Program-made: the position numbers and the translations under genes
Assembly: GCF_001244545.1 (NCBI RefSeq)
Contig: NZ_LN852693.1
Coordinates: 288,656-320,655, forward strand
From: Candidatus Stoquefichus sp. SB1
GTDB taxonomy: Bacteria > Bacillota_I > Bacilli_A > Erysipelotrichales > Coprobacillaceae
Length of the DNA stretch: 32,000 bases
Reading direction: 5' to 3'
In this document: piece by piece, positions 18,568 to 27,100 of the stretch
Position numbering within the stretch: the first letter of the stretch is position 1
Layout: each line of letters starts with the position of its first letter
Notes under the pieces: generated by a model
What the model saw: the letters and a program-made list of their open reading frames with translations, nothing else
Database searches by the model: none
What the model was told of the DNA's origin: nothing

Positions 18568-19698
18568 CTATTTTATTTGACCTTTAATCATTGTTTTTTG
18601 AATATTAATATCTTCATCAAAGAAAATAATATCAGCATATTTACCTTCTTTAATTTCTCCAATACTATCCTCACCTAAACTTTGTGCCGGATTATAACTT
18701 GCTAAATTGACAGCCTCATTTAAAGTTAATCCAAGATGTTTATATGCATTATTAACACATTCATTCATATTGGCAATACTTCCAGCTAATGCTCCATTGG
18801 CTAAACGTGCTGACCCATCTTTCACATAGACAGGTTGTGTTCCAAGTTTATATGTTCCATCAGGTAATCCAGCAGCTTCAATAGAATCAGTAATCAAAAT
18901 CAGCTTATCTTTGCCTTTAGCACGAAGCAAAGCCTTTGCAGCAGCAAAATTAACATGAATACCATCTAAAATCAATTCAGCATAAACTGTATCATTGATC
19001 ATAATCGCCCCAACAACACCTGGTGCACGATGTGTCAATGGAGTCATTGCATTATACGTATGTGTTCCAGAAGTTGCACCGGCATCAATAGCTACTTGTG
19101 CTTCCTCATAAGTTGCATTAGTATGTCCTAAAGAAACAACAGTGTTTTTATCTTTTAAGTAAGTAATTAAATCAATTGAATGTTCTAATTCTGGAGCAAT
19201 TGAAATTTTTCTAATAACATCCTGATGATCTTTCACAAATGATAAATAATTTTCAACTGTTGGTAAAATCATACATTCTTCTGGTTGTGCCCCTTTATAC
19301 TGTTTATTAAAAAATGGTCCTTCTAAATGAGTACCTAAAATCTGTGCCCCAGTTACTTTGTCTTTATTGAGTGCAATGTTTTCTACTGCTTTTGTAATAT
19401 CATCAACTGGCATTGTCATTGTTGTTGGCAACAATGTTGTTACACCTGTTTTTAAAGCCGCGTTTGAAATGGTATTTAAATCTTCAAAAGTCGGATACAT
19501 TGTGTCGCTTCCACCTCGACCATGTGTATGCACATCAATAAATCCTGGACTTACATACATTCCTTTCGCATCAATAATATCTTCATCAGTGGGTTGACGA
19601 TCACTGATTTCAACGATTTTATCATCGTCAATGAAAACGTTTTTTTCAACAATTTCATCATGTAAAATAATTTTCCCGTTCACAATACATTTTTTCAT
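18568..19698 (-). CDS. nagA: N-acetylglucosamine-6-phosphate deacetylase
   Basis: 376 aa. PGFIDVHTHGRGGSDTM, GAHLEGPF, VSLGHTNATYEEA, GTHTYNAMTPLTHRAPGVVG, LITDSIEAAG. Confidence 0.96.
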   Translation of the reverse strand: MKKCIVNGKIILHDEIVEKNVFIDDDKIVEISDRQPTDEDIIDAKGMYVSPGFIDVHTHGRGGSDTMYPTFEDLNTISNAALKTGVTTLLPTTMTMPVDDITKAVENIALNKDKVTGAQILGTHLEGPFFNKQYKGAQPEECMILPTVENYLSFVKDHQDVIRKISIAPELEHSIDLITYLKDKNTVVSLGHTNATYEEAQVAIDAGATSGTHTYNAMTPLTHRAPGVVGAIMINDTVYAELILDGIHVNFAAAKALLRAKGKDKLILITDSIEAAGLPDGTYKLGTQPVYVKDGSARLANGALAGSIANMNECVNNAYKHLGLTLNEAVNLASYNPAQSLGEDSIGEIKEGKYADIIFFDEDINIQKTMIKGQIK

Positions 19699-19788
19699 TT
19701 TCTTTGTCCTCCTTGCTTTATTATACCACGTCTTGATATATCTTCAAATAAAATACACAAGAAAAGGTATACATCAGTATACCCATAA

Positions 19789-20538
19789 TTATGACATTGT
19801 TGCTCCATCCACCGATAAAATGACACCAGTAATATAACTTGCCATATCACTTGCTAAAAACACAAAAGCATTCGCAATATCTTCCGGCTCACCTACACGT
19901 CTTAAAGGGATTGAATTAATGATTGGCTGAATAATTTCATCAGGCAAGGCTGCCACCATATCTGTTTTAATAACACCTGGCGCAACAGCATTCACACGAA
20001 TATGATCTTTACCAAGTTCACGAGCTAATGACTTTGTCATACCATTAACTGCAAATTTAGATGTAGGATAACCTGCACCGGCTGGTTGTCCATATAATGA
20101 TACCATTGAACTCGTATTTAAAATAACGCCTCCACCTTGTTCTTTCATCAAAATAGCAGCCTCTTTTGAACAGATAAAAACAGCATTGACATTAAGATTC
20201 ATAATCATTTCAAAATCTTCTAAATTATAATCAAAGAGTTTATCACGTTGTGATATACCAGCATTATTAACAAGAATATCTAAACGACCAAACTGTTTGA
20301 CAACCATTTGGAATGCTTCCTTGACTTCTTGAGCATTCATTAAATTAGGATGTAATCCAATCACTTGACAATTTTCATTTTCTTCATGTAGTTTTTCTAA
20401 TGCAATGTCAACAGTCTCCTTACGTGAACCAAACAATGCAACTTTAGCTCCTTGTTCTAAAAAAGCTTTGACAGTCGCAAAACCAATTCCTCTTGTTCCA
20501 CCTGTAACAATTGCAACTTTTCCTTCTAACAATTTCAT
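19789..20538 (-). CDS. Short-chain dehydrogenase/reductase (FabG-like)
   Basis: 249 aa. VTGGTRGIGFA, LVNNAGI, catalytic S and YPTSK, INAVAPGVIKTDM-type C-terminus. Confidence 0.93.
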   Translation of the reverse strand: MKLLEGKVAIVTGGTRGIGFATVKAFLEQGAKVALFGSRKETVDIALEKLHEENENCQVIGLHPNLMNAQEVKEAFQMVVKQFGRLDILVNNAGISQRDKLFDYNLEDFEMIMNLNVNAVFICSKEAAILMKEQGGGVILNTSSMVSLYGQPAGAGYPTSKFAVNGMTKSLARELGKDHIRVNAVAPGVIKTDMVAALPDEIIQPIINSIPLRRVGEPEDIANAFVFLASDMASYITGVILSVDGATMS

Positions 20539-20630
20539 TTTTTTCCTTCTTTCATTTCAATATAAATTTATTTTATGCTAATTAGCCTTGTTTGTCAAAT
20601 ATTTCACAAGTATTTCAAATAAAAAAGACA

Positions 20631-20978
20631 TTAACTGTCTTTTTCATGTAATTCGTCAATAATACTCTCAATTTTATTTCCATATTCTAAAGAAGTATCT
20701 AATATGAAGTGAATCTCAGGACATTTACGGATTGTAAGACGTTTTGCTAATAAAGAACGAATAAATCCTTTTGATCTTTCTAATGCTTCCATACTCTTTT
20801 TTGTGTTTTTATTCATAAATGATACATAAATTTTAGCAATTGATAAATCATTTGTAATATCTACACCTGTAATTGTACAAAAGCCAATATCTGGATCACG
20901 GACTTCCGTCTGCAATATACCTGAAAGTTCTCTTTGAATAATATTATTCATTTTCTCTTTCTTCAATACCACTTTCAA
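20631..20978 (-). CDS. rbfA: 30S ribosome-binding factor A
   Basis: 115 aa. IQRELSGILQTEVRDPDIGFCTITGVDITNDLSIAKIYVSFM. Directly downstream of infB. Confidence 0.95.
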   Translation of the reverse strand: MKVVLKKEKMNNIIQRELSGILQTEVRDPDIGFCTITGVDITNDLSIAKIYVSFMNKNTKKSMEALERSKGFIRSLLAKRLTIRKCPEIHFILDTSLEYGNKIESIIDELHEKDS

Positions 20979-20985
20979 TCAACTC

Positions 20986-22845
20986 CTATTTTCTTTCGAC
21001 TTCTTTCATGATATAACCTTCAACAATATCGCCTTCTTTGATATCATTATAGTTTTCAATTGTCATACCACATTCATAACCTGTTGCAACCTCTTTTGCA
21101 TCATCTTTAAAACGTTTTAAAGAAGCTAATTTCCCTTCATAAATAACGACACCTTCACGAATTAAACGAATTCCACAATCTCTTCGAATATATCCATCAG
21201 TGACATAACATCCAGCAATATTACCAACTTTAGAAACCTTGATAACTTGTCTAATTTCTGCTTGTCCAGTAATCACTTCTTCTAATTCAGGTGCTAACAT
21301 ACCTTTCATAGCAGCTTCAATTTCTTCTACCATTTTATAGATAATATTATGCAATCTGATTTCAACGCCTTCTTCTTCCGCTTTACGTCTTACATTTGCA
21401 TCAGGACGCACATTAAAGCCATAGATGATTGCTTTTGAGGCACTTGCCAATAAGACATCAGATTCACTAATAGCTCCTACAGTAGAACGGATAACATGAA
21501 CACGTGCACCATCAATATCAATCTTTTCTAATGATCCTCTCACAGCTTCTGCCGTTCCATTAACATCAGCTTTAACAATAATGTTTAAATCAACCATTTG
21601 TCCTTCTTTGATTTGATTAAATAAATCATCCAAACTCATAGCCGAATTGACTCCACGATCAATTTCCTGTTTTGCTTTTTGTCTTTCTTCACCAACATGG
21701 CGAGCCATTTTTTCAGTTTCAAAAGCCATAAATTTATCACCAGCAACAGGAACTTCATTTAAACCAGTAATCTCTACTGGTGTTGATGGTGCAGCTTCTT
21801 TTAAAGGACGCCCACTATCATCTAACATTTGTCGTACACGACCAAAGGCAGTTCCAACGACAATTGGATCCCCTGCTCTTAAAGTTCCGTTTTCAACTAA
21901 TAATGTTGCAACTGGTCCACGACCTTTATCTAGTCTACCCTCGACAACACTACCATATGCATAACGTTTTGGATTTGCTTTTAAATCAGCCAATTCCGCA
22001 ACAACTGTTAATGTTTCTAATAATTCAGGAATACCAGTTCCCTTTTTTGCAGAGATATTACAATAAACTGTATCTCCACCCCAATCTTCAGGCATTAATC
22101 CCAATTCACTCATCTCTGATTTAATACGATCAGGATCAGCACCTTCTTTATCAATCTTATTAACAGCAACAACGATTGGAACTTGTGCTGCTAATGCATG
22201 ATCAACAGCTTCTTTTGTTTGTGGCATAACACCATCATCAGCTGCAACCACAATAATAACAATATCTGTAACCTGTGCTCCACGTGCACGCATTGCTGTA
22301 AATGCTTCATGACCTGGGGTATCGAGGAATGTAACTTTTTTTCCATTCACATCAACCTGATAAGCGCCAATATGCTGTGTAATACCTCCAAATTCACCAT
22401 CAACAACTTTTGATTTTCTAATTGAGTCTAATAATGTTGTTTTCCCATGATCAACATGTCCCATAATTGTAACAACTGGGGGACGACTTGTTAAATCAGC
22501 TTCATTATCAACAATCTCAATATTTTCAAAATTAATTTCATTAACAACAACATTTTTCTTTGGTTCATAACCATATTCAAGACAAATCAATTCAACTTGT
22601 TCATCATCTAAAGATGAATTAATTGTGACCATTGTCCCTAACATAAATAAAACTTTAATAACATTGGCAGGTGTTTGCCCTATTTTCTCAGCAAGTTCAC
22701 CAACAGTAATTCCTTCTTCATATTCAACAATACCATCACCAATGATTTTTTCTTCTTTCTTTCCTGCCTTATTAGGAATATTTGAAATAAGTTTCTTTTT
22801 ATGCTGATTACCTTTCTTTTTTGTTGAAGTATTCTTTTTTGCCAT
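20986..22845 (-). CDS. infB: Translation initiation factor IF-2
   Basis: 619 aa. [67 protein letters not shown]. Confidence 0.98.
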   Translation of the reverse strand: MAKKNTSTKKKGNQHKKKLISNIPNKAGKKEEKIIGDGIVEYEEGITVGELAEKIGQTPANVIKVLFMLGTMVTINSSLDDEQVELICLEYGYEPKKNVVVNEINFENIEIVDNEADLTSRPPVVTIMGHVDHGKTTLLDSIRKSKVVDGEFGGITQHIGAYQVDVNGKKVTFLDTPGHEAFTAMRARGAQVTDIVIIVVAADDGVMPQTKEAVDHALAAQVPIVVAVNKIDKEGADPDRIKSEMSELGLMPEDWGGDTVYCNISAKKGTGIPELLETLTVVAELADLKANPKRYAYGSVVEGRLDKGRGPVATLLVENGTLRAGDPIVVGTAFGRVRQMLDDSGRPLKEAAPSTPVEITGLNEVPVAGDKFMAFETEKMARHVGEERQKAKQEIDRGVNSAMSLDDLFNQIKEGQMVDLNIIVKADVNGTAEAVRGSLEKIDIDGARVHVIRSTVGAISESDVLLASASKAIIYGFNVRPDANVRRKAEEEGVEIRLHNIIYKMVEEIEAAMKGMLAPELEEVITGQAEIRQVIKVSKVGNIAGCYVTDGYIRRDCGIRLIREGVVIYEGKLASLKRFKDDAKEVATGYECGMTIENYNDIKEGDIVEGYIMKEVERK

Positions 22846-22849
22846 AACA

Positions 22850-23152
22850 TCAACCTCCTAACTTTGATTTGATTTTATCTGCAAAACCTTTATCTTTAAT
22901 CCCCACAGCAACGCGGTTGCTTTTCCCAATTGCTGCTGATAGATCATCAATCGTACCATCAATCAAAACATCCCTACCATAGTATGAACATTTATCAGTA
23001 TATTTTTTCTTTGTATTTTCACTTGCATCTTGAGCAATAATGACCAGAAAAACCTGTTGTGAACGAATATCTTTTAATAATACATCACCACAACTGATTT
23101 TTCTTGCTCTTGATGCTAGACCCAACAAAGATAACACATCTTTATTTAACAT
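22850..23152 (-). CDS. ylxQ: YlxQ-like L7Ae-family RNA-binding protein
   Basis: Start re-set to [30 protein letters not shown]7Ae-like fold pattern. Between ylxR and infB as in other Firmicutes. Confidence 0.88.
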   Translation of the reverse strand: MLNKDVLSLLGLASRARKISCGDVLLKDIRSQQVFLVIIAQDASENTKKKYTDKCSYYGRDVLIDGTIDDLSAAIGKSNRVAVGIKDKGFADKIKSKLGG

Positions 23153-23405
23153 ATGTTTTAAGTTCCTCATATATTGCATCAGGAATATCAATTTCCAAAG
23201 CACGTTTCAATGCGCCTTTTTTTTGGGCTGTTTCAATAGCTTCAAGACTTCTTTTTAAATATGCCCCTCGACCATTCATTTTACCCGTTGAATCTACAAA
23301 AACTTCGCCTTCCTTATTCTTAACAACACGAATAAGTTCTTTTTTGGGAAGCTGTTCTCCTGTTGCCACACATTTTCTTAAAGGTATTTTTTTCATGAGA
23401 ATCAC
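23142..23405 (-). CDS. ylxR: YlxR family protein (DUF448)
   Basis: 87 aa. KKIPLRKCVATGEQLPKKELIRVVKNKEGEVFVDSTGKMNGRGAYLKRS is the typical YlxR signature (RKCVAT, GRGAYL). Confidence 0.93.
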   Translation of the reverse strand: MILMKKIPLRKCVATGEQLPKKELIRVVKNKEGEVFVDSTGKMNGRGAYLKRSLEAIETAQKKGALKRALEIDIPDAIYEELKTYVK

Positions 23406-23407
23406 CT

Positions 23408-24868
23408 CTATTTTTCATCATAATATTTATCAAATTCATCATAATCAATATCTTCATCATACTTAGGATCATAATCATAGTCATAATCATCATCAAATTC
23501 TTCACTATCATCTTCTTCTAAGTCTGTGACAAATGTTTCTTCTTCATCATCTGCGACAAAAGTTTCCTCTTCATCAATTGATTCAGAAACTTCATCTTCA
23601 TCCATTGAATCATCTTCTTCAATCATTTCCTCAAATTCTTCAACTGGCTCTTCAGTTAATTCTGGTTCAGAAATGATATCTTCAAATGTTTCTTCCTCAT
23701 CTGCTTCTTCAATAATTGGCTCAGATGAAACAGTTTTCACTAATGTTTCTACAATTGGTTCATCTTTTGTCATTTCAGTTTCAAATGATTTTTCAAATTC
23801 AGCATCTTGACCATAAATAATACCTTCAGCAGCTGCTTCACTCACAGATTTAATATCAATTTTCCAACCAGTTAAACGTACTGCTAATCTTGCATTTTGT
23901 CCTTTTTTTCCAATTGCTAGAGATAATTGATTATCTGGTACAATCACAAGTGCACTATGATCTTCTTCACAAATCTCAACATGTACCACTTCTGAAGGTG
24001 ATAATGCATGAGAAATAAAGATAACTGGATCTTCATTCCATTCAATAATATCGATCATTTCACCATTAAGTTCATTGACAACATTGCGTACACGACTTCC
24101 TTTAGGACCAACACAAGATCCAATAGGATCGACATTATCATTTGTTGTATACACAGCAATTTTGCTACGATCTCCTGCTTCACGCGAAACAGATTTAATT
24201 TCAACTGTTCCATCATAAATTTCAGGCACTTCCATTTCAAACAATCTTTTGACAAGACCTGGTTCTGTTCTTGACACACCAATATGTGTTCCTTTAGTGC
24301 TTCTTTCAACATCACTGACATAAACCTTTATATGCTGACCTTCATAAATTTTTTCACCTGGAATCTGTTGATTTAAAGGCAACAATGCACCTGTTCTGCC
24401 AATATTTATAATTGCGAAACGTTCTTCTACACGATCAACAACACCTGTAATAATATCATCTTTTTTATCAATATATTCATTATATAAAGTTTCTTTCTCA
24501 GCTTCACGAATCTTTTGTTTTAATAACTGTTTTGTTTGAATTGCAGCCAAACGACCAAAAACCTCAGGATCAATTTCAGTGACAACATCATCTCCTACTT
24601 GATATTTAGGATTAATGACTTGTGCTTCTTCTAAAGATAATTCGAAATCTTCATCATTGACATCATCAACAACATGTTTGATTTCATATAAACGAATTTT
24701 ACCAGTATTCTCATTAATATCAACACGAATAATTGATTCAGAACCACCATAATTCTTTTTATACGATTTTTCTAAAGCCTCTTTTAAAGCTTCTAAAACA
24801 ACTTCCTTTTGAATCCCTTTTTCACTCTCCAATAGCTCTAAAGCCTGGATAAATTTTTTACTAGCCAT
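23408..24868 (-). CDS. nusA: Transcription termination/antitermination protein NusA with long acidic C-terminal extension
   Basis: 486 aa. NusA N-terminal domain, S1 region (DIITGVVDRVEERFAIINIGRTGALLP), KH domains (GSCVGPKGSRVRNVVNELNGEMIDIIEW, AIGKKGQNARLAVRLTGWKIDI). Confidence 0.97.
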   Translation of the reverse strand: MASKKFIQALELLESEKGIQKEVVLEALKEALEKSYKKNYGGSESIIRVDINENTGKIRLYEIKHVVDDVNDEDFELSLEEAQVINPKYQVGDDVVTEIDPEVFGRLAAIQTKQLLKQKIREAEKETLYNEYIDKKDDIITGVVDRVEERFAIINIGRTGALLPLNQQIPGEKIYEGQHIKVYVSDVERSTKGTHIGVSRTEPGLVKRLFEMEVPEIYDGTVEIKSVSREAGDRSKIAVYTTNDNVDPIGSCVGPKGSRVRNVVNELNGEMIDIIEWNEDPVIFISHALSPSEVVHVEICEEDHSALVIVPDNQLSLAIGKKGQNARLAVRLTGWKIDIKSVSEAAAEGIIYGQDAEFEKSFETEMTKDEPIVETLVKTVSSEPIIEEADEEETFEDIISEPELTEEPVEEFEEMIEEDDSMDEDEVSESIDEEETFVADDEEETFVTDLEEDDSEEFDDDYDYDYDPKYDEDIDYDEFDKYYDEK

Positions 24869-24883
24869 TTTTTATTTTCCTCC

Positions 24884-25345
24884 TTAAAACTTAACAGCTA
24901 ATCTTATAAAAGCAATATCTTGATATTGCAAAGTACAAGTCTTCTTAATATTTTTCACTAAATATTGAAACTCAATTGTTTCATTATCAACACTTAAAAT
25001 AGTTCCATAAACATCATCCATTCCCTGGGTTGGTTTTTTAAACTGGATATAGACATATTCACCAACTGACTGTTGTACTTTTTCTAATGTTTTTAATGGC
25101 TTTTCAGCACCTGGAGATGAGATTTCCAAATAATATTCATTGGTAATGATATCAGCTTCATCAAGCTTTTCGCTAATCTCCTCACTTACAGCAACACAAG
25201 TATCCATATCTAAGTGATCATTATTTTTTTCAATGAATATTCTTAGATACCACTCATTTTTTTCATTCACATATTCAATATCATCAAGATAGACATCATG
25301 ATTATCAAGAATAGGTTGAATTAATTTTTTAATTGTCTCTAGCAT
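24884..25345 (-). CDS. rimP: Ribosome maturation factor RimP
   Basis: 153 aa. EWYLRIFIEKNNDHLDMDTCVAVSEEISEKLDEADIITNEYYLEISSPGAEKPL. Upstream of nusA. Confidence 0.94.
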   Translation of the reverse strand: MLETIKKLIQPILDNHDVYLDDIEYVNEKNEWYLRIFIEKNNDHLDMDTCVAVSEEISEKLDEADIITNEYYLEISSPGAEKPLKTLEKVQQSVGEYVYIQFKKPTQGMDDVYGTILSVDNETIEFQYLVKNIKKTCTLQYQDIAFIRLAVKF

Positions 25346-25370
25346 ATAATCCTCCGTTTACAAATATAAA

Positions 25371-25390
25371 CGAGAGGGTTGCCCCTCTCG
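25371..25390 (-). terminator. Hairpin upstream of rimP, probably the ancestral polC terminator
   Basis: Perfect 8-bp stem CGAGAGGG / CCCTCTCG with 4-nt loop, followed on the minus strand by TTTATATTT. Confidence 0.6.
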
Positions 25391-25451
25391 TAAATCACTG
25401 ATTACATGTATAATATAACATAGTTCAATACAAAAAACAATGCTTTCATCA

Positions 25452-25525
25452 ATATTTTCCTACAAATCAAATAAAGACAGCTGATTTTCATCAGACATAT
25501 TCTCAAAGACACCGATTTTTGTTAA
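25452..25525 (-). repeat. Copy A of a 74-bp direct repeat: displaced duplicate of the polC 3' end, including stop codon
   Basis: 72/74 identical to 27027..27100 by eye. On the minus strand it still reads K I G V F E N M S D E N Q L S L F D L stop. Confidence 0.95.
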
Positions 25526-25628
25526 ATTTTATCCATTAAAAAGTTTTTTATAAATAAACAATCATGAAATCTTTATAACTCTTTGCACTTCTTTCACTAT
25601 AATTGAAAGCACCCTTATATCCAATTAA

Positions 25629-26309
25629 TTAATGAAATAAGTTTTCAAATTGATTAAAATTCATTTCATTTGAAAAATCATTTATGCGACCATATTCAGA
25701 CCTAATGATAATATTTTTAGAATTGACCTTATATTCTTTTTCAATTGTTCCATCCGTATTCATAAGCTGAGACTCTAATTTTAACTCATTATTTGTTATA
25801 GAAACCATGAAAGGATAAACAGCACCATAATAATTATGTTGAGTGGGTTCATTATTTAAGAATAAAATATATTCTTTATTTAAATCAGGTTCAATATAGG
25901 TTTGATCCAATGCAATAACTTTTGGTGTGTTTTTATTAATATCAGCCATGTCAGGAATATCATTATGAGCTGTATAATAAATTGTTTCACTATACCTTTG
26001 ATTAACCTGAATATTTGATACATTTTTAGCAAGCCCTTTATAGATATGAGTGATTTCAAAATTGTAAACACGTCCTATTGTCTCATATATATCACTTGGG
26101 TTGTCATCAATATCTCTTGCCATATTCCATTCATGGCTAAATTTAGTAAAATGACCTTTAACAACAACCTCACTTTGAGTAATTAAATCAGTATATGAAT
26201 TAGCAATAGGTAAATCAAATTTACTAACGATAACTTGTGGCTTATATAATAAATATATGGCAAAACATAAGACAAATAATATTGGAATAAAATATTTTAA
26301 TTTTTTCAT
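25629..26309 (-). CDS. Membrane-anchored extracytoplasmic protein, unknown function; candidate partner of the metalloprotease
   Basis: 226 aa. N-terminal TM (MKKLKYFIPILFVLCFAIYLLY) and beta-rich ectodomain (SEVVVKGHFTKF...GRVYNFEITHIYKG...NIQVNQRY...KEYILFLNN). Starts 8 nt after the protease 3' ORF. Confidence 0.75.
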   Translation of the reverse strand: MKKLKYFIPILFVLCFAIYLLYKPQVIVSKFDLPIANSYTDLITQSEVVVKGHFTKFSHEWNMARDIDDNPSDIYETIGRVYNFEITHIYKGLAKNVSNIQVNQRYSETIYYTAHNDIPDMADINKNTPKVIALDQTYIEPDLNKEYILFLNNEPTQHNYYGAVYPFMVSITNNELKLESQLMNTDGTIEKEYKVNSKNIIIRSEYGRINDFSNEMNFNQFENLFH

Positions 26310-26317
26310 ACTCTCAC

Positions 26318-26842
26318 CTACTTATATAAAGATTTTACTCGACTAATATCGATACTTTGTGGTGTGTATAGACTGCCTCTATTTCTATTACCATTCATAA
26401 TTGAAGTCCCCGAAGTCAAATCGTCCAATCCCCATGAATGACCCAATTCATGAGTAGCCGTACTTCTTGCCACATTTGTTGAATAAACTTTGCTATTACC
26501 AATATTCACTCTTGCTAAATATGATGTCATAGTTTCCCATATGTTGACTGGATAATTAATTTAACCGTATAAAGTTGAACTTGTTTCTTTCATAAGTCCT
26601 TGTTTATAATTACTGTCAGACATATAGTAATATGTAACACCCACCAAAGATGTCCATGAGCTTCTTGCTTGATTCCACGCTGTCTGTAAACTATTATCCA
26701 TACTCATAGAAGAATCCCAACGATAAGAAGTTGCAAATGCAGGTAATTTTTGTCCTAATTCCCAATCAGCAGCAACAATAGAAATATTAAACAAACATAA
26801 AGTAAATATAATTATAAAGAGTTTTAACTTTTTAAATTTCAT
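26318..26842 (-). pseudogene. Secreted zincin-type metalloprotease interrupted by an in-frame TAA (or a split gene)
   Basis: The track ORFs 26561..26884 and 26318..26530 are in the same frame. The joined reading is MKFKKLKLFIIIFTLCLFNISIVAADWELG...SSTLYG*INYPVNIWETMTSYLARVNIG...VARSTATHELGHSWGLDDLTSGTSIMNGNRNRG. Features are a signal peptide, an HExxHxxGxxD zinc site and a Met-turn-like SIMN. Confidence 0.8.
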
Positions 26843-26989
26843 ATAACTCCTTTCCAAACCCCTTATATCTCTTTCTAATTTCATTATATCATTATTTTAA
26901 TAAAAATTATGGAATTCATATAGAATTTTACATATTTTTATCATTTTATATGACAATCATCAATTGAATAAATACTCAAAGTTGTATTT

Positions 26990-27027
26990 TAAAACGTATA
27001 AATCTATGACAAGATTTATACGTTTTA
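26990..27027. repeat. 16-bp perfect inverted repeat abutting the polC-side insertion junction
   Basis: TAAAACGTATAAATCT (26990-27005) - ATGACA - AGATTTATACGTTTTA (27012-27027). May act as a terminator for polC. Confidence 0.85.
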
Positions 27028-27100
27028 TATTTTTCTACAAATCAAATAAAGACAGCTGATTTTCATCAGACATATTCTCAAAGACACCAATTTTTGTTAA
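27027..27100 (-). repeat. Copy B of the 74-bp direct repeat (in situ polC 3' end)
   Basis: Matches 25452..25525 with two mismatches, at 27034 and in the ATT/ATC codon near 27090. Confidence 0.95.

Noticed and set aside
23526-23810. Plus-strand Ser/Val-rich ORF (MTNVSSSSSATKVSSSS...) as a surface protein
   Set aside because: It is the antisense of the acidic NusA tail. GAA/GAT codons read backward give Ser/Phe-rich translations.
25526-27026. Calling the polC-adjacent insert a defined mobile element (ICE, prophage, transposon)
   Set aside because: No integrase, transposase, phage or conjugation gene is present, and no terminal inverted repeats match at both ends. Only the direct-repeat duplication is directly visible, so I report it as a finding and repeats.
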